Source: Nemertoderma westbladi
Taxonomy: Eukaryota; Animalia; Xenacoelomorpha
Length of the DNA: 64,000 nt
Reading direction: 5' to 3'
Assembly (NCBI GenBank): GCA_032718475.1
Contig: JAUCBJ010008647.1
Coordinates: 26,939-90,938, forward strand
Part shown: positions 38,625 through 51,021 of the stretch, one piece after another
Layout of the letters: each line of letters begins with the position of its first letter
How positions within the stretch are numbered: the stretch's first letter is position 1
The notes under the pieces: model-generated
Told to the model about the DNA's origin: nothing
The model's database searches: none
Seen by the model: the letters and a program-made list of their open reading frames with translations, nothing else
Position numbers and translations under genes: made by a program

Positions 38625-39471
38625 ATTAGTAAACAATAACCTACAGAAGTACAGTCACCTGTATTAATTAATAAACAATAACAGACAGAAGGACAGTCAC
38701 CTGTAATAATTAGTAAACAATAACCTACAGAAGGACAGTCACCTGTAATAATTAGTAAACAATAACCTATAATTAGTAAACAATAACAGACAGAAAGACA
38801 GTCACCTGTAATAATTAGTAAACAATAACCTATAATTAGTAAACAATAACAGACAGAAAGACAGTCACCTGTAATAATTAGTAAACAATAACCTACAGAA
38901 GGACAGTCACCTGTAATAATTAGTAAATAATAACAGACAGAAAGACAGTCACCTGTAATAATTAGTAAACAATAACAGACAGAAGGACAGTCACCTGTAA
39001 TAATTAGTAAACAATAACCTACAGAAGTACAGTCACCTGTAATAATTAGTAAACAATAACAGACAGAAGGACAGTCACCTGTATTAATTAGTAAACAATA
39101 ACAGACAGAAGGACAGTCACCTGTAATAATTAGTAAATAATAACAGACAGAAAGACAGTCACCTGTAACAATTAGTAAACAATAACAGACAGAAAGACAG
39201 TCATCTGTAATAATTAGTAAACAATAACAGACAGAAGGACAGTCACCTGTAATAATTAGTAAATAATAACAGACAGAAAGACAATCACCTGTAATAATTA
39301 GTAAACAATAACCTACAGAAGGACAGTCACCTGTAATAATTAGTAAATAATAACCTATAATTAGTAAACAATAACCGATAGAAGGACAGTCACCTGTAAT
39401 AATTAGTAAACAATAACAGACAGAAGGAAATAACAGACAGAAGGACAGTCACCTGTAATAATTAGTAAATA
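38625..39471. repeat. 42-bp satellite, last block
   Basis: Same unit; ends about 30 bp from the splice donor of the receptor exon. Confidence 0.96.
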
Positions 39472-39500
39472 TTTTCTCCCTATAGATGCGGTCCACTAAC

Positions 39501-39821
39501 CTGTAGACCCATTTTCTCCCCGGACTCTGCGGGTAAATAGAACCCAAAATAAGCCAGGAAGTTAAGTAAGATCACGGGTAGGATTAGGTTAAACAGCTGC
39601 ATGACCGGATATCGACTGACAATAATGGTGAAGTGCAGCCGCGAGAATGTCCGATTTGATCCGTTGTAGAATACGTCGTTCGCTTCCCCCATAAAGCCTC
39701 TGATCCGCCATGTTCCAGAAGGAGTGTAGTTATCCAGGGCGCCCTCGTTGGCTCCCTCCATCACGGTTGCTTCGACCATCTCTTTAGTAAAACTCCAAGA
39801 CTCAAAGGAAATTTGGCAAAC
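39501..39821 (-). CDS. Internal exon (321 bp, phase 0-0) of a Cys-loop ligand-gated ion channel subunit (nAChR/5-HT3-like, cation type)
   Basis: Acceptor TTTTTCAAG|GTT, donor CAG|GTTAGT; reads VCQISFESWSF...W...RYP...NLILPVILLNFLAYFGFYLPAESGEKMGLQ (end of Cys-loop, loop B W, M1, GEK motif). Confidence 0.9.
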
Positions 39822-40396
39822 CTTGAAAAATATACGCTTGAATTAATTTAACAGGAATTTTGATGCAAAATGTGGTAGATAGATATATTTATTTATAGTT
39901 TATGTAAAAACAATAACAAATACACCAAACAATGTAATATAAGCATCGAGCATAATAACATTAGGATTATCCCTAAAGCTTATCATCATATTTCCAAGCC
40001 TAAAGAAACAATTGGTATTGTTATTATCCTCGGAAGAAAACAAATGGTTTTGTAGTAAATTGATTTCTGATGTTATTGGACTTTTCTAGTTTAAATTCAA
40101 TATAATTTTGGTTTCACTTATGTATGACATTGCCTCTGTTTGAACTTTTCTCGATACTACCTCCATTTACTGTACTATTGTATTACACTGTATATTGATT
40201 TATGATTGATTAATTTGTGCATTTTTATATTTATGTTTTGGTGGCTTACTGTATTTTGGTTTCAATCAAGTAGAAAGACATTCTTAAGTACCATTTATGA
40301 ACTGACTGTTCTTGTTACATTATTTACAGTGAAGATCTGCGCTGGCTTTCCCAAACTCGTATGTATCTAAGTACACGAAGTGGGGACTTCGCGCAG

Positions 40397-40762
40397 CACG
40401 AAGTTGGCAGAGCCTTAGCGAATTGACACTGTTAGGGGGTAGGTCAATTTATGCAAATAGTCACGTTGGCCCTCTAGCGGCAGACTGGAGAACTGCAGAT
40501 GGATTCGCCTCCTTTGAAAGTCACAGCTAATGGTCTAATACATATCTGCCAAGTTTCAGCTTAAACGGATTAAAAGCAAAGAAATGGGAGGGCATTTAAT
40601 GTTTAGACATGTGGCCCTCTAGCGGGAGACCATTGCACTGATGGTGTCTGAAAGTCTCTCAAAAATCTCAACTTTTGCTCATATTGATACCTACAAATTT
40701 TCAACTTGGCAGCTTTAAATCCGACAAAGTTATTAGCATGTCAAAATCGTAACGACGACGAC

Positions 40763-40825
<63 letters not shown>

Positions 40826-40912
40826 AACGACGACGACGACGACGACAACTATTTGCATAAATTGACCCACCCCCTAACAGTGTCAATTCGCTAAGGCTCC
40901 GCCAACTTCGTG
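40397..40912. mobile_element. Short non-autonomous element with about 65-bp inverted repeats and a (GAC)n microsatellite (MITE or Helentron-derived HINE-like)
   Basis: 40397-40461 is a near-perfect reverse complement of 40848-40912; (GAC)n at about 40752-40846; true ends may extend 10-25 bp further. Confidence 0.75.
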
Positions 40913-40924
40913 GCTCGCCCCACA

Positions 40925-42060
40925 ATTAACTCGTCTACACTTTCGATGTCTTGAATAAAAGCGCAATCCCAATTAGCGTGTCCTTTAAGTTGGCAGTAAT
41001 GACATTGTGTCATAAACTGGGGACAGACAACAAAGATATGCTTATTATTGATGCGGCAATAAGCACAACAAATTTCCATAGTCGGTTGATCTTTAAAAAC
41101 AAGAGCAAAGCTCTTCCGATTCTGGTGGAGTAGAATCTCGGTATGCTCCTGCTCTAGCTGATTTTCTCGTTACATTGACGTCGCCTTTCTTCCAAGAAAT
41201 CAGATAGGAAGTATATGTATATCAAATCAATATCTTTCTCCAGGTTTTCGATATTTTCGGTATCTCGAGGGTATCTCGGGTCGTTACAGGATGGAGGAAT
41301 GCGTGTTCTGGGTGCGAACATCTTTAAAAATAGTAAACCTAGCACTATCTAGTTTCTCAGCGGCAGTGTCCCGGAGGCTGAGTTTGATCAACGCGCGATC
41401 TTTAAACTGACTATCAATGTTCCGAAATGGAGTCAGAAAGCGCCTAAAACATTCAAATCGAATGAATTTATTATGTTCTGATTACGCTCGAATTTGGGAA
41501 GTATAGTTCCCAAGATGAGGGGGTGAGAACGTATCGTTCGGCTGCACACATCGGCTAACCATCCGGAAAGGGAGTTGTTCTCAAATATTGTGTAGAAGCC
41601 AAAGAAGAATGAAGGGAAACTGCGCCAGTCGCGATATGCTTCTCCTCGAGCTGATTCCCTCTTCTGTCGTCTGAGTTTTTCCCTAAAAACTCTGGTAGAG
41701 AATACACACGTTCGAGGTCGCTATCATGATCGATTTGTGGTTTATCGCGATGTTGTCTTTGCGCATGGAATCTAACTAAAACCATCTTAGTTTCTGTGTC
41801 TGGATCGTCGGTATCGTGTTGATCGATAGGGAATTAGGAAATCCATGTACGTATCATTTCGATTAATGTAATGTGAGGTGAATTTTCGATAATATAATTC
41901 ACACTGGAGTTATTCTTTGGTCATCGGTGACTCGATGTAGTGTCCATCATCCATTGCAGTCTCTTTACCAATATCACCGCTTAATAGACTATCGAGTAAC
42001 GCTTATAGAGATTGAGTATATCTCTCCTTAATATCAAGATCCTCTTCTATCAAGTCCATT
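40925..42060 (-). pseudogene. Decayed retroelement ORF1/gag-like fragment with a CCHC knuckle
   Basis: CHYCQLKGHANWDC in ORF 40891-41079; neighbouring broken ORFs on the same strand; boundaries approximate. Confidence 0.5.
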
Positions 42061-43022
42061 ATCGTATGTATATATGTGAGAGTTTATCAATATATAACTG
42101 TAGTCATTAGCAAATCGCAGTCTACTGTACAAGAGATTACCTGTGGTGTACCGCAAGGTAGTATATTAGGTCCTCTGCTTTTTGTATGCTATGTAAATGA
42201 TATGATAAGTAGTATAGATCCCGATTTTAAACTCATTTTATATGCCGACGACAGTGCTCTTATTTTCTCTCATAAAGATCCTATCCATATTTCCCAAAAA
42301 TTAAGTGCAGTTCTAGAATCCTGCATGTAATGAGTGGTTGGTTGATAATAAGCTATCCATTCACTACGGTAAGACTGAAAGTATTTTGTTTGGTTCCAAA
42401 AGAAAGTTAAAGAAGGTAACTAAGTTTGAAGTCACTAGTAATGGACATAAGATTGAAAATAAAAAGGAAGTTAAATATTTAGGCGCCACATTGGATAACT
42501 GCTTATCAGGAGAAAGCATAGTGAAAAATATTTTCTCGAAAGTTAACAGTAGGCTTAGGTTTCTATACAGAAATAAAAATAGTTTGAACACCGACTCCCG
42601 CAAGTTACTTTGCTCTTCTTTAATACAGTGTCACATGGACTATGCGTGCTCTTCTTGGTATGAAGGCTTAACCAAACAGCTTAAATGTAAATTACAAGTA
42701 GCTCAGAATAAAGTAGTACGATTTATTAAAGACTACAAACCTAGGCACCACCTAACTCCAGATGACTTTTCTGAATCTGGACTACTTAACTTAGATAGTA
42801 GAGTTAAGCAGCTACGCCTTAACCATGTGCATAAAGTGTATAATGGTAAATGTCCCAATTACCTAAAACAAAAATTCAACAGAGTACGCGATACACACTC
42901 TTACAGTACCAGAGCTAGTGCTTCAAACCTCTACCTCCCGAATTGTAAATCCTTTGAATCTGATACTTTCTTTTTTAACGGCATTAAAAATTGGAACGCT
43001 CTGCCTAATGAAATTAAAAACC

Positions 43023-46000
43023 GAGAGAAAGCCGCCCCAATATTAGATTATAACAACAACATTTCCATTGGGTAAGAAAGTGGAGAAGAGCCAGGCCCGA
43101 CTCTCAATTTTTTAGTTTATATTACGCGATCAATTTTCACTCATCTCGTCATGAACACAACATGTATGTAAACTTTTGATAAATTTGTTGGCTATGCGTT
43201 TGCGGCTGTTTGGGCGGGGTGTGGTAGGCCTACACTTTTCACACTGAAACATTTTGGTTGTGAAATGTTCAGGGCACAGCGATCAGAGATATTTCATATA
43301 TATTTTATTATGAGAGGAAGAAGAACATACAACGTTATTTACTATATTATATGTAACGAAATAATTGTTTTTGGGTTTGGAAGCCTCCCCAAAGAGTTGA
43401 TATACGATTATATTTAAAATTATTTCCATGGTCATGGTCATTCACCCGTCTTTAATTAGAAATTTGTTTGCATGAAAGACAGTTTAGTTTGGTTTTTACT
43501 GATTATTATCTCTTATCTGACTGGGGTAATAATAAAGGATAGGATAAATGGAAGCAAAGTGTGACAGTAACAATTATTTCCCTGACAACCGAGCATGTCT
43601 TAAGTATACGATATCTAAAAGGGGGAAGTTTGGATTCACTGCATAAATGCAGTTCACCAAACTTCCCCCGAATGCACACTGTAACTTCCCCCTTCCCCCA
43701 AATATCCACAGTTGAATTAATTTGAAGCAATATAATAAGTACAAAATTGTGCGAGTTTTTTATTGTGTGGTCCATTTGTTAATTGATCTCTATCTATTGT
43801 TTAAAGTGCATTTAATATCACACTGGTTTTTTAGAATATTACAACCTTATGTTTTATTTATTAACCCAATCGAAGCCTTAATAAGGGCCGGTTATTTGTA
43901 CACTTATCCCTAATGCGCTCAGTATGAGCCAAACAACATAATATTAATATGAAAATAAAGTATCTGCAAAGAAAAGAACCCAATGCTATATAATTTGACC
44001 TTATTAAAAAATTTGCACTTTTGCACATTTATTTGTACAAGTGCACTTTAGCAGATCGTAATGGTGGTTCTTGTTTAACAAACTTATGTTTATCCTCTAC
44101 CGATCTACGATGGTGTATGATCAAGTGTCAGTCACTAAAAGTGTAAAAAATCCAATTTAATAAATCGCGACATGTGCGATTTTGGACCATATTCATGGGC
44201 ATTTTAAATCACTTTATATACATAAAAAGTTAAACAAATGTTACGATTATAGTTAGAAATCACTCCAAACTACATTTTAATCCAAAAAATAACATTCTAC
44301 GATGAATGGAACTGGAAATAATAGTGTTTGAAATATCGAAAAAATGTGTACTTTTTAAGTGCATTATGCACTAAGTGCACATGCGTCTTTTCCCAAGTTG
44401 TATCCTATTTCACACACTACAATCTATCCTCTATCCAATGAAAAAAGTTTTAGATCAAACGGTCCTGTAGAACAGAAGTTATTGATGTTTAAAAATAATC
44501 ACTCGAAAATTTCGAATTCTCTTGGTCACGTAGTCTAGTGGTTATCAATCACGTTAACGATACCTAAGTTCGTGGGTTCGAAACCCAATATTGACCATTC
44601 TTAATTTTTTGCAAAAAAAATATTTTTAATTTTTGACTAAATTCGCTCTAACTTCGGTTCTGTTGCTCCAAATTCAATAAAATTGGTATATTCTTTGCCG
44701 TAATTTTTTTTTCTATCTTTTGAGAAGGGGTTATTTTTGGCCCCAAAAAAATTAAAAAAAAGGGCCAAAATAACGCGATATTTTTCGACCCTTAAAACTC
44801 GTTATTTTAATTATTAATGTTAAGAAAAAAGATAGTGGAGTTAATTTGCTAAATTTTACAGGAACTTTTGTCGCAAAAAGTTAAATTATAATGTAATGGC
44901 GAATTATTAAAAAAAAAATTTTCGTCCCTTTTTTATAAGTAGTATATTTCACACGATCGTCTGCCGCTCCAGTTATATAATAGCTATGGCGCTGTAACTA
45001 CCGTTGAAAGATAGATAATTTGACGCTCTATAAGACTGTTTAAGTAAGTCTCCCAGACCTTATGTATTTTTCGAGCTAGACGAGTTCCCGCGAAGTGAGT
45101 TTGAAGCGTGAAATTATAATTTGGGCCCTAATTTTTTTAATATCGTTTGCGCGGCAAAACCAATCGAATATTTGGATTCCCCGTATCGATATTAACCGTA
45201 TAAAATGTACTTTAACCTTCAAGAGTCAAAAATAAAAAAGTTGTTAGTTATAAACTTTTTATTATTTTCTGGCCCTTTTTGGACCCCTTTGCCTACATAT
45301 TTTTTGTACCCCCATTCGATAGGAATGTAGCCCCTGTGGTCTTCTACGCTTTCCGACGCTTTCCTACTAGCGTTGTCGAATTAAAAAATTTGGAAATAAT
45401 AATTATGTAAAAAAGATGGAAAAAACGTACAAATTTACGGCCCCTTTTTCCACCCGAAATTTTAATAAATATCTTACCCCCATTCGATACGAAGGTAGTA
45501 CCACTCTTCCCCTTTCCAACCGCGTTACTTTCGTCCCCGTACGATTAATATTAGCCGAGTTATAGCGGATCCCGCAAAGTCATTTTGTCCGTTTTTTCAA
45601 CTTTGACGGACATTTTCGGAAAAAAGGCGTGGTAATCTTTTTTGAAAAAAAAAACGAATTCACTAATTAATCCCTTCTATCGTATCCCGGCGTCGGCTAA
45701 GCAATAACCTAGGGTTTTTTCGAGCCACTGTAGAGCGCCTTTCAAAAAAATTTTAAAATTGTCGAAAAAATGACGGATTTTTGTCCGCCGTGTCCGTCGA
45801 AGGGTTAGATTTAATAATGTTAGAGTTGCTAATATCTTAGAATTCCGAGCCGCTCCCCTGGTGAGAAAATAAAAAAATTTGGTCTGTTCCTTCATCGAAA
45901 AGTCCCCCAGAATCCCAAGTTAACCTATATAGTTAGCGATGGCCTGCGGCTTTAGGAGCGGCCGCGGTATTCACCTCCCTCATAGCGGCCGCGGCGGTGT

Positions 46001-46027
46001 TGCGTCAAATGGAGAAATATTTATCCC
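43023..46027. mobile_element. About 3-kb AT-rich non-coding insertion in the LINE (unclassified, probably DNA-transposon derived)
   Basis: Defined by the interrupted LINE ORF; ACC at both junctions; no convincing TIR or ORF. Confidence 0.5.
44524..44597 (+). pseudogene. tRNA-like sequence (tRNA pseudogene or SINE head)
   Basis: A box TAGTCTAGTGG, B box GGTTCGAAACC, GGTCA...TGACC acceptor-like ends, T-run at about 44604; anticodon arm degenerate. Confidence 0.55.
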
Positions 46028-47509
46028 ACCTAGATAATCAACATTCTTTTAAATCTGCAGTTAAATCTCACCTCCGTGTGCAATGTAAATATAAGTACAA
46101 TAGTGCTACAGTAAGTTATTAGTTTATTAATTATTTACTATTTATACTGTAATTACGTTTTATAATAAATTGTTCTGTACATTACATCTGTATCGTTGAG
46201 TCGGACATTGTCACGCTCTTGGTAAAGTTGTACTGTACATGTACATAGTGTAATTAAGTTTTATATTGGTTTTAGGTTAGAGTAGTGTAATATTGTATTT
46301 GTTACCAAGTAACATAAAGGACCCCCTTGGAAATAAGCTGCAAAGCTTTAGGGGTAATCCTATATGTTATGTTGGACAATACCTTTATACCGGTACATTG
46401 TTTGGTGTATTTGTTATTGTTTTATACATAATGTATACATAAATCTATCTATCTATCTATCTACTGTGTACATCTACAATCATCTTGATTTGTATCTCAA
46501 GATTTCTAACCAGTATGGGAAACTTAGTGTCAAAGGAAAGTCGGTGCATTAGTTAATCTCCCTCCAACACGTATTAGCCCATCAAACCTCATGATAGAAA
46601 AGGAATCCTTTAAGCGCATCTGTGGATTTTTCATCAACAGGAAATACTTCTCAGGATCCTCATGACATTGTAGAAGTGTCAGTAGTTGCTTGTTGGTATC
46701 ATCATGCTCCTGGTAACTGATCTTGTTAGCAAGAAACTTGGTAGGTAGCCGATAAGAGGGAAGGTCTTTAATAGCGTTGACCTCTTTGACTACTCCTGGG
46801 ATGGCGTCACTGGTCATCTTTGGCTTTGAATAGTGATGATGGAAACACCTTTTCAAGTATGTTATGGCCTTTCTGTTAAAGTTGTTAAAGTTGTTATTTT
46901 TTGTTAAAGCCCGTTCCAGGAACTATAATATGCCATCGCTCTCTGAATAATAGGAGAGAGTCCTTCAGAGACATCAGGTATACCTCTCGGTCTCTAATAT
47001 AAACAACTGCCTTACTTTGGCCTCGTTTCGGATCTTTGGATCTTTCCTCGTTAGGATCCTTATTATCATCCCCGGCCGTATGCAGTACTGACAGATCTAT
47101 CGCCGGTTTGAACAGTTTAGATTTACTCATCTGGGTCTTAGGTTTAACGGTTTCCACTCCCTTGCCTTATCTGATCTCAGCCGTAGTATGATAGGGGGGG
47201 GGGGGGGGGGGGGCATTCCTCCTCCGGTTTACTTAAGAAGTCAGGGCCACCTAACCAATCGGGGTAGGTGTAAAACGCGGATCCGGATCAGGATCCGGAT
47301 TCTATCATTTAACATTGTCCCTATGGAAGTCGACTGAATTTACATTTTTTGGGTGTAACTGCTAAATTTACCGAATCCGTAACCGAGTATAAAATGCGGA
47401 TTGGCCCTTTTTTCAGATCCGGAAAGGAGTGTAAAGCGCGGATTCATGTTTTAGGCTAAATCCTGAACGGAGTGTAAAACGCGGATTCATATTTCTACTG
47501 AATCCGGGA

Positions 47510-49240
47510 AGGGGTGTAAAACACGGATTTTCGTTAATTACCAAGTTTTGGGGGATCCGGAATGGAGTGTAAAACACGGATTTTCGTTAATTACCAAGTT
47601 TTATTGGATCCGGAATGGAGTGTAAAACACGGATTTTCGTTAATTACCAAGTTTCATTGGATCCGGAATGGAGTGTAAAACACGGATTTTCTTTAATTAC
47701 CAAGTTTTGTTGGATCCAGAATGGAGTGTAAAACACGGATTTACGTTAATTACCAAGTTTTGTTGGATCCAGAATGGAGTGTAAAACACGGATTTTCGTT
47801 AATTACCAAGTTTTGTTGGATCCGGAATGGAGTGTAAAACACGGATTTACGTTTATTACTAAGTTTTATTGGATTCGGAATGGAGTGTAAAACACGGATT
47901 TTCGTTAATTACCAAGTTTTATTGGATCCGGAATGGAGTGTAAAACACGGATTTACGTTAATTACCAAGTTTTATTGGATCCGGAATGGAGTGTAAAAAA
48001 CGGATACAAGTTAATTACCAAGTTTTGTTGGATCCGGAATGGAGTGTAAAACACGGATTTTCGTTAATTACCAAGTTTTGTTGGATCCGGAATGGAGTGT
48101 AAAACACGGATTTACGTTAATTACCAAGTTTCATTGGATCCGGAATGGAGTGTAAAACACGGATTTTCTTTAATTACCAAGTTTTGTTGGATCTGGAATG
48201 GAGTGTAAAACACGGATTTACGTTAATTACCAAGTTTTGTTGGATCCAGAATGGAGTGTAAAACACGGATTTTCGTTAATTACCAAGTTTTGTTGGATCC
48301 GAAATGGAGTGTAAAACACGGATTTACGTTTATTACTAAGTTTTATTGGATTCGGAATGGAGTGTAAAACACGGATTTTCGTTAATTACCAAGTTTTGTT
48401 GGATCCGGAATGGAGTGTAAAAAACGGATTTTCGTTAATTACCAAGTTTTGTTGGATCCGGAATGGAGTGTAAAACACGGATTTTCGTTAATTACCAAGT
48501 ATTGTTGGATCCGGAATGGAGTGTAAAACACGGATTTACGTTAATTACCAAGTTTCATTGGATCCGGAATGGAGTGTAAAACACGGATTTTCTTTAATTA
48601 CCAAGTTTTGTTGGATCTGGAATGGAGTGTAAAACACGGATTTTCGTTAATTACCAAGTTTTTTGTTGGATCCGGAATGGAGTGTAAAACACGAATTTTC
48701 GTTAATTACCAAGTTTTGTTGGATCCGGAATGGAGTGTAAAACACGGATTTTCGTGAATTACCAAGTTTTGTTGGATCCGGAATGGAGTGTAAAAGACGG
48801 ATTTTCCTTAATTACCAAGTTTTTTGTTGGATCCGGAATGGAGTGTAAAACACGGATTTTCGTTAATTACCAAGTTTTGTTGGATCCGGAATAGAGTGTA
48901 AAACACGGATTTTCTTTAATTACCAAGTTTTGTTGGATCCAGAATGGAGTGTAAAACACGGATTTTCGTTAATTACCAAGTTTTATTGGATCCGGAATGG
49001 AGTGTAAAACACGGATTTTCGTTAATTACCAAGTTTTGTTGGATCCGGAATGGAGTGTAAAACGCGGATTTACGTTAATTACCAAGTTTTGTTGGATCTG
49101 GAATGGAGTGTAAAACATGGATTTTCGTTAATTACCAAGTTTTGTTGGATCCGGAATGGAGTGTAAAACACGGATTTTCGTTAATTACCAAGTTTTGTTG
49201 GATCCGGAATGGAGTATAAAACACGGATTTACGTTAATTA
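47510..49240 (+). repeat. Left foldback arm, 53-bp array (GGATCCGGAATGGAGTGTAAAACACGGATTTTCGTTAATTACCAAGTTTTGTT)
   Basis: Directly visible tandem array. Confidence 0.97.
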
Positions 49241-49561
49241 CAAATTTGTAATTACATAATTGTAACTAGATGAGGGTCTTTATTGCATATGCGTTTTACA
49301 AATTGTTCATTAAAACTTACTAATTGTGGTGATAATATATGCCTCGCCCCACGGATATCCTGGGACGAGAGGGGAGAGACCTACCGGTGTTGGACAGTCA
49401 GTATGGCGGTGTTAGTCAGTCAGTACCACCAGTTTATCTAGGCTACTTACTGCATGCCCTGACCGGTCCTCAGAGGACCCTATTATATATGATCACAGTA
49501 TCTGCTCCAGACAAAGGTTTTGTTCGTCTGCTGCCTCGCAGCAATAGTAGATACACCCACA

Positions 49562-49579
49562 TGGCGCAGTGTGTAGGAT
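49562..49579 (+). promoter_or_regulatory. tRNA primer-binding site TGGCGCAGTGTGTAGGAT (tRNA-Ser-like, by recollection)
   Basis: Canonical TGG immediately after the LTR's terminal CA. Confidence 0.8.
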
Positions 49580-49590
49580 AATTTGGGCCC

Positions 49591-51021
49591 ATGCCGCCTA
49601 AATCTAAAGGGAAGATCACGTCCCCGCTAACGGCGGACAGCAGCGACGGCGACGAAACTGTAGATGCCCGAGGCGGCAGTCGCACCCCTATCCGAATGGA
49701 CGACCTCGCGCGTATTCTCGCCCAACAGCAGACTGCTATGGCTCAGCTGCTGGCGCAACAGCAGGAAGACGCCAACCGTCGCCAGGAGGCTGCGGATGAC
49801 CGCCTACTTCAACAACAGACGGCCGCGGACGACCGCATCGCTAAACTCCTCACTGCTTTACAACCCAGCGTGGCGGCGTCTGCCGCACCGGAAATACCGA
49901 CGACCCAACCCACGTACGCGGGGGCCGTCACGAACCCGGCTCCCCGACGCCGGGTAATCGACATCTCGACGATGGAGAAGATCGACGTGGATGTCGACTT
50001 CTCCATGTTCCGCCCGTGGAGACAGGCGTGGCGGGTCCACGCCCACCGACAACAGGTTGCTACGTTCCCGCGGGCCGAGCAGGTTTACACGCTCGTTGCT
50101 GCCCTCGGTAGCGGCCTACAGGAGACCATCCGCGTCACCCTACACGTGGACATCGACGCGGACGATACAACCACGGAGACGGTCCTCGATGCACTCCAGG
50201 GCCACCTCCGCGCCAAGAGGAGTATCGCGATCGACGTGATCAAGTTCCACGAGCGCCGGCAAGGCGCGACCGAGGGATTAGATTCCTTCCGGGTGGCCCT
50301 GGAGGATCTCGCAGACACTGCGGAGCTCTGCGCGAACTGCCACGACCGACAGATCGTTACCCAGATCCTCGTGGCTCTTCGATGTTCGGAGACCCGGACG
50401 GAACTCCTCAAGGTTCTCCCTCAACCGACCCTCGAGGACTGCGTGAGGATCGCGCAGAGCGTGGAAGCCAGCGAAAGGAACGACTCGATCCTCGCGAGCG
50501 GGAAACCAGTAAATAAACTCTCTGCATACAAACGCGAATGCTCAGCCTCCCGCAACCCCGCTATCTCCCGCACCCCGATGGGCTCCCGGAACTCATCGCC
50601 CGACCCCGCGTGGCGGAACTCTAGCGGCCACAGTTGCGGCAACTGCGGCCGGGAACCCCATGAGGCGGGCTCGGAATGCCCCGCCAAGGGGGTCAAGTGC
50701 CATGGCTGCGGCAGGACGGGGCACATCAAGAGGATGTGCCGGTCCCAATCCGCCACCAAGAAGAGGGTGTCCACAGTGTACCACCGCCAGAGTATTAGCA
50801 GCGTTGCCAACAATCAGGAAACAGCCTGCAAACTCTCTTATATCGCGGTGGGCCTGATGGACTCCGGGATCGGGAACCTCAAGGGGACGGTTCGTCACTC
50901 CCTCCCGGACAGCGGTGCGGCCGCCAACATCTTCAACCAGGGACAAGCTAGAGCGATGGGAAGTCATCGCCCGGGTCGAGGAACCTATGGAATGGGCCCA
51001 TCCGATGACGGTGGCGCCTAA
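49591..51021 (+). CDS. gag: Mag-like gag plus start of protease
   Basis: F.ERRQ...E motif, CGNCGREPHEAGSEC, CHGCGRTGHIKRMC, PDSGAAAN; the C-terminus is a deletion junction. Confidence 0.88.
   Translation: MPPKSKGKITSPLTADSSDGDETVDARGGSRTPIRMDDLARILAQQQTAMAQLLAQQQEDANRRQEAADDRLLQQQTAADDRIAKLLTALQPSVAASAAPEIPTTQPTYAGAVTNPAPRRRVIDISTMEKIDVDVDFSMFRPWRQAWRVHAHRQQVATFPRAEQVYTLVAALGSGLQETIRVTLHVDIDADDTTTETVLDALQGHLRAKRSIAIDVIKFHERRQGATEGLDSFRVALEDLADTAELCANCHDRQIVTQILVALRCSETRTELLKVLPQPTLEDCVRIAQSVEASERNDSILASGKPVNKLSAYKRECSASRNPAISRTPMGSRNSSPDPAWRNSSGHSCGNCGREPHEAGSECPAKGVKCHGCGRTGHIKRMCRSQSATKKRVSTVYHRQSISSVANNQETACKLSYIAVGLMDSGIGNLKGTVRHSLPDSGAAANIFNQGQARAMGSHRPGRGTYGMGPSDDGGA

Larger units (their letters stand above)
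42076..46462 (+). mobile_element. 5'-truncated CR1-group (L2/Crack-like) LINE split by a 3-kb insertion
   Basis: GVPQGSILGPLLF, YADD, KYLG, WNALPNEIK; the frame resumes near 46030 (LDNQHSFKSAVKSHL); 3' stem-loop region at about 46318-46361; (ATCT)n tail 46443-46462. Confidence 0.85.

Noticed and set aside
40701-40925. Poly-Arg and poly-Asp ORFs
   Set aside because: Translations of the (GAC)n microsatellite.
44524-44597. Functional tRNA gene
   Set aside because: D and anticodon stems do not pair properly; kept only as tRNA-like.
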